A DNA stretch of 64,000 nucleotides. It comes from Choristocarpus tenellus KU-1152 (lineage: Eukaryota; Protista; Phaeophyceae). The notes beneath the pieces were generated by a model. It did not search any database. It worked only from the letters and a program-made list of their open reading frames with translations, and was not told the DNA's origin. The position numbers were made by a program, and so were the translations under genes. Positions 1 to 13,000 of the stretch are shown here, one piece after another (the first letter of the stretch is position 1; each line of letters starts with the position of its first letter). Where the stretch lies: assembly GCA_964200185.2 (NCBI GenBank), contig CAXNAD020000004.1, positions 2,564-66,563 on the forward strand. The letters run 5' to 3'.

Positions 1-3000
1 TGCCTATCACCTAGTCCGGCGCAATGGGATCCCATCGGAAAGGGTTATCTTGATGACCTATGATGATGCTGCTTTGAGTATTGACAACCCTTTGCGAGGA
101 TCTTTGTTCAAGTGCGTGGTACCTGACTCATATCATTTGCTCTATTTATTGAATGAATGAGTATCTGAACGCGGGAAGAGCTGCCTGCTTGATGTAATAG
201 AAATTTTGGCGTTGATAGACGACAACCCGCTTATAAACCTATTCCGATGCGATAACCTTGTTGACCTAACATATATAACCTGTATGTCTGGGGGGGGTTG
301 CTGTACAGCAAGCCAACGCCTGTTGGAGTTCCAGGTTATGATGTATATCGGGGCTGCGAGGCTTCATACACAGGAGAAGAGGTGACTGCAACCAACTTTA
401 TCGCTGTTCTTAAGGGGGATTCTGACACAACAGGTGATCTGCACCTCTAGGTAATGTGACACATAATATGAACAACTGAGAATGATTTGCGACCTATTGA
501 TTTGTAGTTTTGAGACACACCATTTGACCCATTTGTAACTGCCAATCTTGTGTGTTTAAGTATTGTGTGTGTGTAAGGATTGTGGTTAAGTTTGTTTGTA
601 TGTTTGCTTGCTCTTAGGTTGCGAATGATTCCCGTCTCCATGGTGACCTTGTGACCTTGTGGCTACTCTCCTGCAGTACAATTAAACTATACACAAGGGC
701 AATTAAACTATACACAAGGGCACACTGACGACATGGGAGTTGACTCTGGAACATAGTTTCTTTCCTCATCAGTGCTGATCACTAAATCTTGCTATCATCC
801 TTACCCAGTTATTGCTGTTGTCTGTTGACACTGGTTATCCTCCATGTGCAGGAGGGAAGCCTGTCCTGAGAAGCACCTCTAAAGACCGTGTGTTTGTATA
901 TTTTGCTGACCATGGTGCAGTGGGACTTGTTGCAATGCCAGTCGGGGACCCGTTATTTGCAAGTGACCTTATAGACACTCTCCACTTCATGCAGGACAAT
1001 CAGGTGTGTTCGCAGACACCCTTTATGCGTCTCTGATTGCTACATCTTGCAATATCACAATATCTCCTATTTTTACAAATGTAGTCAATAAGAATATGTT
1101 TATATCTTACTGCAAGAGTTCATTGTATGTGGTTTTAAGGTTATAAGGTTATGCTGGAGGAATTCATCTACTCTGGGGGTATTCAGTAAATGAATGGTAC
1201 AGGAATTTAGTTGGGTACACAGCATCTCTCAACTCCTGCAACATGGATGACCTCTTCCACAACATGGATGACATGGATGACCTCTAGGCTGACTCTTCCA
1301 CCCTATGTTTAATTCGTACTAGGCTGACTCTGCATGACTCTGCATGACTGTGTATGTTCAATTTCCACAAGCCTAACTGTGCATGTGATGTCCATCCTAA
1401 TAATTGACAGATGTACAAGGAGTTGGTATTTTATATCGAGGCATGTGAATCTGGGAGCATGTTTGAAGGGCTTCTGCCTTCCAATGCAAGCATTTATGGC
1501 ATGACTGCAGCCAACTCTCATGAGTCTTCTTATGGAACCTACTGTGGGGAGGAGAGTACTGTTGATGGCGTGGTGAGTCTTTTGGTTAGGGTTAGGGTTA
1601 GTCTTTAAAGCCTTAGGAGGGTAGGTGATACCAGAAAACCAACTGGGCTGTTCATTAATACTTTTTTTATTTTGTGAGTTATAAAATGACAACTTCACTG
1701 CTGCATTTCCACTTATTTTGTTTTGTGTGGAGTCAATTTACTTCATTTCCACTGCTCCAATTATTCCAACTGCATTGTTTTCAATATACTTCATACTTCA
1801 CTTACTGACAGATTTAGAATGTGCTGGACTATGATTCAATATTTTTTATCTTTTTTTGTTCAATGTTGTTTTATTGTGTACCTTGTCTTGTTTTGTTTGC
1901 AGATGATTGGCTCATGCCTGGGTGACCTGTACTCTGTAAACTTCCTTGAGAACAGCGATGATCCAGCTAGTTTCCAGAGGGAGACTCTAGATGGTCAGTT
2001 TGAAATAATCAAGAACAAGACCACTATGAGTCATGTACAAAAGGTAAGAATAATGATGTTTACATGGACATCATACATTGGTATTGGTATTGGTATTGGT
2101 ATTGCAATATCTTTTTTGTTATGTATTCAAATTTTGAATATACTAGTCTTTTATATAGTCTTATATAGTCTTTTAGATAGTCTTTTATATATGTGGTCAG
2201 GCTAGTGTAGAGTAATGGACAGTAACATAGGAGAGTAGCTGTTATTAATAAAATAAATAATAATTGATGAAGTGTTTGGAGATATTTGAATTGACTGTTA
2301 TTTTCAGTGTGAGGTACATGAAGGTGAATGTGTATGGGGAAATAATAGTTGTGTGTGAGATTATGTGATGTAGTTTGAGTAGGATGGGAGCAATAGAACC
2401 TTCTTTGAAATTGCATTGGTTAAGTCGAGAGTGAAAGGAATATGACATGACAGGACATGACATGACAGGACATGACATGAGAGAAATATACCAAGCTGGA
2501 CATGACATGTATCATAGTGTGGTCACAAGTTCTTGAAGTTGAAGTCTTTTACTTTGTTGTATAGGTATTGTATTTTTGATGCTTCAAGGTAGGATTTGTA
2601 AGAATAGAGTGATGCTTGGAACTGTGCAAGCAGAAGGGATAAGATGCACATGATAGTGTCAGACTAGTAGACTAATTGACTAGTAGACTAATTGACTGAT
2701 AGACTAATTGACTAGTAGACTAATTGACTGATAGACTAATTGACTAGTAGACTAATTGACTGATTGACTAGTAGACTAATTGACTAGTAGACTGATAGAC
2801 TAATTGACTAGTAGACTAATTGACTAGTAGACTAATTGACTGATAGACTAATTGAATGATAGACTAATTGACTGATAGACTAATTGACTGATAGACTAAT
2901 TGACTAGTAGACTAATTGACTGATAGACTAATTGACTGATAGACTAATTGACTAGTAGACTAGTAGACTGATAGACTAATTGACTAGTAGACTAATTGAC

Positions 3001-5848
3001 TGATAGACTAATTGACTGATAGACTGATAGACTAATTGACTAGTAGACTAATTGACTGATAGACTAATTGACTAGTAGACTGATAGACTAGTAGACTGAT
3101 AGACTGATAGACTAATTGACTAGTAGACTAGTAGTCTAATTGACTAGTAGACTAATAGACTAATTGACTAGTAGACTAGTAGACTAATTGACTGATAGAC
3201 TAATTGACTAATAGACTAATTGACTAGTAGACTGATAGACTAATTGACTAGTAGACTAGTAGTCTGATAGACTGATAGACTAGTAGACTAATTGACTGAT
3301 AGACTGATAGACTAATTGACTAGTAGACTAATTGACTGATAGACTAATTGACTAGTAGACTGATAGACTAGTAGACTGATAGACTAGTAGACTGATAGAC
3401 TAATTGACTAGTAGTCTAATTGACTAGTAGACTAATAGACTAATTGACTAGTAGACTAGTAGACTAATTGACTGATAGACTAATTGACTAATAGACTAAT
3501 TGACTAGTAGACTGATTGACTGATAGACTAATTGACTAGTAGACTAGTAGTCTGATAGACTGATAGACTAGTAGACTGATAGACTAATCCACCGTACAAC
3601 ACACCAATGTAAATACCATTGATTGTGTTGTAAAGAGTGTTGGGATGGACCTATTTTTGTATTATTATTACTATTATTATTATTATTATTACTGTGGTGT
3701 GTACTCACTAATTTGAAGTAGGCCACATTTTAATTGAAAATTTGTGCTTTTGACCTTTTCTCACCACAGTAAGAGAGTCTCCTAACCCTAACCCTAACTC
3801 CTCACTCTCCCCCCCCAACGGCCTTGTGTTCAGTTTGGGTCAGATTACATGGGTTTTGAACCCATTTCTTGGTTTGAGGGAAGTATTGACTTTCCATCTG
3901 TTGGCTTGAGCAGGTTCTATTCTGTGGATTATTTTCCCAAAACGCCTATCAATTCTCGTGACATCCCACTCTACACTCTCACAAACAAGAAACTATTTGC
4001 AAACAGGTGACTACCTAACCAACTCATGTAGGGATACATATATACTGTTAACAGGATTACACTTGTACTTAGCTCATGGAGGTTATTACGAATCAATGGT
4101 TTCATTTCATTCCCCTAACCCTAACCTAATAGTGTTGGAAGGGAAGCTACCCCTCCTAATCTTGTTTGATATCCCACTTAGAAGTAGAGTAGATTTAATT
4201 GATGTTCCAATAATCACAAAAATGAGTACATAAATAGGTTTCAGGATGGATGATTCAGATCATGGTCTGTCTTTTGTCTTTTGTCTTTTGCCAGCTTGTA
4301 CTCACATTGGAACCTTAGTTTTACCTGTAGATTTACCTGTTCTTTTTCACACCCGTGCTATTGTCGTATCCCTAACCCCAACCCTATTGTGATATTGAAT
4401 TGTGTTATTTAATTATGTTGTTAAATTGTGTTCGCATACAATAGACATCACACTTTTTTCTCCTAGTATTGCTATCAGAGGGTAACTATGTTTGCTGATG
4501 CCCATATGTGGTACTTAGTTTATTGGGATAAATATCATCAATAGAGGGTGGGGTGTTTGATTTCTATTGTTCACATTTTTGATGAAGATATGTACCAATC
4601 AAGTCAAGAGAACATCTACAAACCTGCAGATACTTTTCAGTCATCAATCTTGTATGGGGCATGCTTCCTGGTCATCAATCTCAATTCTGTTGTTTTGACT
4701 GTGAATGAAAGGTTTTGTAAATACTTAGGTATTTTACTGTGGTCACTAAAATCTGATGTACTCCACAATGTGTATGGTGTGTGAGTGAAAGTATCTTAGA
4801 GGGTACAAGTTTTGCCCTGTTTGTCCATTTTTTGGGGGGGCTTGACTTCCCACGTTTTTTTAATGACATTTTCCTACTCTGAAATGTTTCAGAGTAGGTA
4901 AAATATGTATGTTATGAAATGTGTGTACAGAACAAGGATATTGACACTTCCTAACAAACACAATAGCCAAAATTACATCAAAATCGCAACATTGGATTTT
5001 TGCCCCCAAAGATACTTTAACTCTGTATATGACATGCATATATCGATACCTTACTTACCGAGTGCCACAAGATATTTCCAGGAAAGTGTGCATGCATGTG
5101 ATGAGATAAGAAATTGAATTAAGCCCTTCTATTCTATTCTCTTGTCAATCTTTGCCAATTGTTTGGAATCAAAGGGATTGTATCACTTCAGTATAAAGTT
5201 ATTTATGAGAATATATACATACATATATTGCCATGTTTTGTGCAGTGCTGAGGAAGCTGCAGCACTTGGTGATGAAATAGCAAAGGAACTGACTCAACGA
5301 GAGTATGCAGACGTTATTTTCAGGAGGATTGCAACACTTTTCTCAGGTGAGGTCGTGTCAGGTTTGGGAAGTGTAAGTATTGTGTATTGAATGTACAGTT
5401 CATGTACTTGTATGTAGTATACATAGGTTTCTTGAATGCACTTGAGGGAGATATATAGTGCACCAATATTGTACTAGGTTTCTGTTGTACAAGCATCATG
5501 CTAGCAAACATGGTCCACAGACATTTAGTCTTCCAACAGATTGCTTTCTTCAGTAGAATAACATTTCCCCAAACTAAAATCTCATCTATAAACATACAAT
5601 GCTCTCTAGGTGAGCTACATGTGGATTACTTCTCAAGACCCCTTCCACCTGGTGGACTTACTGAACATGAGTGTCTCAAGGCTGTGACCAAGACTGCCAT
5701 AGCCCACTGTGGTCCTTTTGATGACTATAGTCTGAAACATGTTCGGGTACTGGCTAACCTTTGCCAAGAGGGATTTGATACCACTGCTGTGTCCGAAGGT
5801 ATAGTTATGGTTTGTGACAGCATGTCCTCCAAAAGCTTAGAGAGGTAA
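1..5848 (+). CDS. LGMN: Legumain / asparaginyl endopeptidase (vacuolar processing enzyme, peptidase C13), 5'-truncated by the window edge
   Basis: Phase-consistent GT-AG exons <1-111, 309-433, 852-1003, 1411-1572, 1903-2043, 3834-4006, 5246-5346, 5610-5848 (TAA). Family motifs: [22 protein letters not shown] (catalytic His), [12 protein letters not shown] (catalytic Cys), [10 protein letters not shown], and a C-terminal prodomain [19 protein letters not shown]. Confidence 0.95.
2663..3588. repeat. 8-bp-period intronic satellite (ACTAATTG / ACTAGTAG / ACTGATAG variants, ~115 units)
   Basis: Read directly; lies in the legumain intron 2044-3833. Confidence 0.95.
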
Positions 5849-7491
5849 TTACTGGAGGAAGTGATGGGTTGACCATTGATTTTGTATATATACTGGTTTT
5901 GTGTAGTTGATCTCTGTGGTATTAAGCCACATGGTGTGTCTCCCTTACATTATTGTGCACAGGATGGTATTGTCCTGATGCATCCAGATGACAAGATATT
6001 TGACACATATGAGATGTACACCAACCAAGAACAACTATTGGAAGGGGAATTTGTGCCTAATGGGACTGAGGTCCAGTATTTTTTGTTGTGAGAGATACCC
6101 TATTGCTACTTGCCGGTGATCTTTCTAGTCCTTTGTCCTTTGATGGTGTGAAGTGTTGGACCTTGTGTAGTTATTGCAGTTACAAAAATGTAGACCAAGT
6201 CAGTTCAGGGTCAATGCATCAACATGCTGATGTCGATATTTTGAGGAGGGCACACCTGTGTGAGGACTAGAAACACCACACACCTACAAGTTCACAAAAG
6301 CTTTTGCCACCATGTGTACTTCTAATAAGCTCTCCTATTACCTTCTGAATGGTGCTCTGAGGTATATATCACATTGCATACTATTCTGTGGTTGGTAGTA
6401 TATATAGATAATAGTAGTTGTTGACCTTTTTTTTTACTTGACAGGGGCTAGCTACAGAGACTGCTGATGTGTGCCAACATTCCATGACTTGAATGTTGAT
6501 TAAGAGGGGTTAAGAGGGGGGGCTGGTCATCTTTCATTTTGTGTACTGGGAACATTTATTTTCATTCTGTGCTGTATTTCGCGTAAGACAAATTTTCCTC
6601 TGAGGGCACTGTGTTCCACCCTGTAAGCATAAATGTCATATGCATCTAGAATAGGGACACTAAAGTGCCACACAATTTGAGCAATCGTTTTCCTACAAGT
6701 ACAAGTACAAGTAACTACACAGCGAAAGACCCTCAGACGCTCTCTGATGGTGGTGGTATCATGCTCATAACCTACAAAGTACCTAAGAAGTCAGGATTGG
6801 GCTCATGGAAGAAATGGTGTGTCTTGAGTGCAGTCAAGGTAGCATCTGCATGCTTCAAAGATGTAGGGAGGTGCACAGGCTACTACTGTACAAATGATCC
6901 AAGTGGTGCTTTAAGAGGAAAATCTGACCTAATACAACAAACACACTATTCATTTGGATAGAGTTTTGGTTTTGTGTATGTGTGTGTGTGCATTGAGAGA
7001 ATGATAGCGACCTTGGCTACATAGGTGTGTCATGTTGGAAACATTATTGCATGTAAAACTAGTATGAAAGCCCCCCCCCATCATTCCTCAATATGATGTA
7101 CATCACATGCTTGAAGTACTTTCATGCTCTGCCAGATGACTCCATGTTTTGTTTGATGTGTAATCACTCTATTATCAACTCTTCATCCTCATCAATAGTT
7201 AGTTACTTCAAGTATCTATGCTGTGATGTCTGTGCAAAACTTCCCTGTTCTAGTCCCATTTCAGTTGAAGTGCTTTTGAGAATAAGAAGGAACACCATTT
7301 AATAGAGTTTTATGTATGGGCACTGAACTACCTCTGTTCTAAAAAGGGATGGAGGGTTGTATAGTATGATAAATGTATGCATCACGAACACATCATGAAC
7401 ACACTAGCCAGCAACGAGTCCAGGAGGGCACTGTGGGCAGAACAAAAAAAAAATGAATGTACAGGACTACCAAAGAATCCACCAGAGACAA

Positions 7492-9840
7492 TTAGACACG
7501 AGGGTTCCTAGGGCATGCTTCAATCAGATGGGCTCGCCACACCTCCTCATCATCTGCACTGCCCAAATCCTTGAAGCACAGAGGGCATATGCTTCCAGGA
7601 CCTCCTTCAGAACATGAACCATCATTACCAACAGTGTAAACCAGTGTAGGGACCAGATAGTAGTACCATGTGAGAGCAATGTTCATGTTACCAGACTTGC
7701 AAGGTGCATGCATGCAAATGAAATCTAACTGTTTATAGGTTTGGGAAGACGCCAGAGAAGACAGTCAAATGAGGTGTTTATCTATGGTCTGAATGGGTAC
7801 AAATGCAACACACGAAGTGTAGTGAGTTACTGTGATTCAATTGCAAATTCAAGGCAACTGGCATCAAAAATCGAGGGTTCAAAATTGATAGTTTTAATGG
7901 ACTGATGTGAGATCTGCTGTAATTTCCTTGTTGGACCCTTTTGCAATTGGTGCTTTGCACACATTTTGATTGTATTTGCATTTATACCCATCTAAAATTT
8001 CAATTCATTATTGGTCAATGTGATCCTAACCCTAACCCAGATGATGCAATTACATTATCCACATATTCACACTTGTCACTCTACATGACACTCTACATGA
8101 CTAGACAATAGTCTGGTGGGTAAACCTTGTGACAAACCTATTGCATAGATTTTTCTTTCCCCCAGCTGCATTTATAACTATAGGGAGGATATGTGCACAC
8201 AAAATAAATCAAAAGTTGTGAGAGGTGTATTTAGTCAAGAAACTTCCTCATCTACAGACAGGTGCAGTATTAAGTACAGAGGGGTTATTACACATTTCGT
8301 AATTTAAGGTATTGAACTTATTTTGGTGCAGGGTCTCTAAAGATAATTGTCACTCACTTTGACAGATCATCACTGTATAGTGTTCCCAAATTGTGACATA
8401 CATACTCAAAGGACAAACAACTTTACAAACAACATTGCACACAATTTTGTACCTCTGCCACAATGAAGTTATACTGAAACATACATACCTTTCCCTGGGG
8501 GTTTGCAGTGTTTTGATTTTTTCCACTTGTGTATCTGGTCCTTGTGGATGGCGAGGTGACTGACTTGGCATTCTTCAAAGTGATCTCTATTCTGACATTC
8601 TTCTAGAAGATGTTCTGGTATGGAGGAGATCTCAATCACCTGATGGGTAGTGAGTGAGGGAGGGGCAATGGAGGTGTTATTCACATGGTATGCAAGCCAC
8701 CACTAGCCTCAAGCAATTGACTACCAGTTCTGACTGGTGTCACATCAACCTGCCAAAAAAATGTATAAATCAATGTAAACCAAATACCATAATGCTATCA
8801 TGTTACTACATGGTTGGAGGTACAGAAGGTAACTCATGAATACCCATCAGAGAACAATAACTGAGGATCATTCCAAAATAAAACACAACACACAACACAC
8901 AACACAAACATATACAAGAATAACATTAAAGCCACCAAGTACTTCAAAGCACAAGCTTATGATTTTGTAATGATACTTATTAACTGCAGAAATAGCAAGT
9001 ACTCCTTTAATAGATGGTAAATAATCTAGTGACTGGTACTTATGTGATTCAACTCAATGCATGCCCTTTGAAGTCCACTTTGTACTGACAACGAGGGTAC
9101 ACTTTACAACATAACATACCACACATTACAACACAACATACCACACTTTACAACACAACATACCACACTTTACAACACAACATACCACACTTTACAACAC
9201 AACATACCACACTTTACAACACAATATACCACACATTACAACACAACATACCACACTTTACAACACAACATACCACACTTTACAACACAACATACCACAC
9301 ATTACAACACAACATACCACACTTTACAACACAACAAACACTACTTCACATTCCACATACTTATATACCAACACAATGTTTTGTTCTGAACCAACAACCA
9401 ACTTGAGGTAGATGAAAAGTGACCAGGCTTCATGTCTATGATGGTCAAGTCATGAGTGATCAGACATGTACCTGTCCACACTCAGTGCAGCTCATTAGCA
9501 TGGGACAATGCTGCCAATAGTGCATATCCATCTTCTCCTCAGTGAAGGATGGGTCATACTTGCCACAGAATTGACATGTGCAGCTCAGGTACTCATCAAA
9601 GTCCTTTTGATCACCATCACCATCACCATCACCATCACCATCACCATCACTGTCTGTATAATGGAAATAGCCAGTGTCAAGAAGTTAAAAAAAGGAAATC
9701 ATTGCTCTCCAGTCAAACTTAGCACTTCATCCATAGAAGATGCGGGTGAATTAAAAAATATTGTAAGACTGGATTAAGGTGGGATGTGGGTGAATTAGAA
9801 TGCACAACGGGCAAAACTTGGCTACCTTTTTTACTTTTTT

Positions 9841-9890
<50 letters not shown>

Positions 9891-9974
9891 CCTTCTTTTA
9901 AATTGTTTTACTCAGGGAACTTTTTTTGCATTTTCCCTTACCCTTTTTTTTTTTTTTGTTGTTTNNNNNNNNNN

Positions 9975-10031
<57 letters not shown>

Positions 10032-13000
10032 TTTTGACTGTCTTTAACACAGCATTAAAATGGTGTAACACAGGGAACTGATATAGCAGTGACCCTAACC
10101 CTTATTGATGCATGTGTAGAGTAAGGGTTAGTGCATGGGTGTACATAGGTCACCTGCAGAGTAACCTACCCTGACTAGTGTGTCCATCTTACCTTCCCAT
10201 TTTTTCTATTATATTAGTACATTGATTTATTATCATTATTTTATCATTATTTTATCATTATTATTATTACTACTATTAATAATAATTTGTAACCCAACCC
10301 TCACTCTAGAAATTGATCTTCCTTTCCCTTACCCTTCCTCTCTCCCCTCCACACAGCATCACTGCCCTATAACCCCAACACAGAATACTCCACCATTATT
10401 ACTAGTACTACTAATATCAATAATAAAATATACCCAAGCACTTCTAAGTTCGTGCTCTAAGTTGTTGGTACTCTCTCCTCAGACCTCAAAGATAAATACA
10501 CAACCAGTCTTGAAAGCAACAGTCAACATTCACCACCTATACACAATTCTTATCATCATCTTTATTATTACTATTAATATTGAGATTATTAAAAAAAAAC
10601 TATTATGGCAAGCTCACCTTGTTTCACTGATTCTTGATAGTGGACTGGTTGTGTCAGTTGTTGTTTTTGGTCAAGATCCCCTTTTACACCATTAGATGCT
10701 CTTTCTGACCTGACCGGGCTATACCCTAACCTGCCATCATCCCCTCTTAGGCCACCCATGGGGCTTCCCTTTGAGCTCCCTTTGGTTGTGTTAGTTGTGT
10801 TAGTCCTTCTTGTGCCATGATCCCTAACCCTACTGCCTTCTCCTGCACATGTTAAGTAACCAACAAACAACATTCACTTTAACAAACTTAAAAAAAAAAT
10901 TCAAGAAGAAAAAAAAGTAAAAAATACCTTCTCCCTTCACTAACCCATATACAGCAACCAACAATCAACAAATATGCTAATGTCCTTAACCTTTTGATTA
11001 CACATTAAAGAATACTCAAATTGCTTCAACAACAAAAAAAATGGCATAACGTACACCAGCGGACTAAGCCCATCCCTAACCCTAACCCTAACCCTATCTT
11101 GTGGCCATTTTTTCAGGTTTAGTATTTAATGACTATTGACTAAACAGGTACAACTTAGGTTGAATTCTTGACTATTACCATCCAGGGATGACTCCCAATG
11201 CAAGTACTCATGCTTCTCATGCAACTTGCGATATTCATGTCACCAGTCATGCTTAACTTGGCCTATTAACTGTACACCAGGGAATCAACATACCTAAACA
11301 ATATTCAAGTCCAAAGCAAGTCAATGATACAAAACACACAATCAATCCTTACAAATTTGACAATCAAGGCACATTCTACAACTTCTTACACACACAATAC
11401 TTACAGCAATGATAATTAATATAAATATTAACATAAATATAATAATGATAACAATAAAACACAACGACTGCCCCACAAGTATCCTTCAATAGTGGTACCA
11501 TTGCAACTTCATGATGTCATACAGACAAGCCGTACCTCATGATGTCGAAATTGTTTATTCAATCTTGATAAATGATCCCAATACAAGATAGATACATGAT
11601 AACCCTAACCCTAACCCTAATACATGAAACTGTAAAAGAAAGTGTGTGTTAAACCAATTGCTAGTTTGATCAATCCATACAGAGATCTCAGCAGCATAAA
11701 TAACACCAAGCACAACACACACAACACACACAACACTACTCATGGTGGACAAATTAACAAACCCTAACCCTCACTCTAACCAAATTACACTGGGGTAAAC
11801 ACAAGGCAACACTTCTTGGTGGAACTACATAATAAAGTATATTAATTAAAATTCAATAAAGTATATTAATTAAAGTATATTCAACAATGTATATTCAATA
11901 AAGTACATTCAATAAAGTATATACAATAAAGTACATTCAAAACCATTTATACAGTATGGTCAAAGGGAAGATGCCACTAAAGATCCGTATCTCTTAGCCC
12001 AAAGGCACAGGTGAAGGCAAAGACCATGGCTGTGGATACATGATAGATATCTCTCTCATTCATGTTGTGTGTGTCCCAACATTAACCCCACCTTTTCTGG
12101 GTGTTGAGGTGGTATTACTTTGAAGCATACTGGAACTGACTCCTCGAGTACTTGTTGACTTTGAAGCTGATGATGGTGGTTGTTGTTCCAATCCCCTATG
12201 ATCATGTTGGTCATGGTGTTGTTGGCCATGTCCATGGTAACGCCTGTCAAGCTGTCGGAAAGATTCTTGATACTCAAGCAACTGTTTGGGTCTCAGGCCA
12301 GTGAGATATTTCTCCACCTTTGAGGGAAGGATGAAAGCAGTCAGTGCCATCAACAGTCCGTGCCATCAAGGGTTGTGCTATTATTAGGAATTATCAAGGA
12401 ATTATCAAGGAATACCAAGGGAGCAGGGGAGCAAAGAGTCGTAACATTTCAATCAAAGCATACTAGTTAGTGGTTGACTAGTGGTGGAGTACACACAGAC
12501 GTCACAAGATACAAGGTAGATAGATAGATAGATAGGGACATCACAAGAAAAAAAGATAGATGGATAGGGACATCACTACTGGGTACGGCAAAAAAAAGAT
12601 CACAAAAAATAAAACATTTCAAAGAGTGGCATGCTATTTTAAAATGTAGAACATAGTAGACACACAAAACGTTACAATACAATACAATACAATACAATAA
12701 AATAAAATAAAATAATCATCCAGATGGGGGGAAGGAGGAAGCATTTTTTAATAACAATTAATAACCACCTAAACTCAGTGGTACAAAATCAATACCTTCA
12801 AGTTCTTTACTTCAGACTACAGCACCAGGGCATGACCTCTCTCTCTCTCTCTCTGAAAAGCTTCAAAATATTCAACATAACATAACGTTTGTTCAATATG
12901 TTGATCCTAGATACTGTCAGTTACAAACCAGTAACAGTCCAGTACATAAATCAACACCTGACCAACACACTAATAGTAATAGTAATTGCATGAGTCACTC

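Noticed and set aside
9740-10030. Retroposon poly-A tail or other biological poly-T structure
   Set aside because: It abuts an N gap and looks like low-quality read ends, so it cannot be interpreted.
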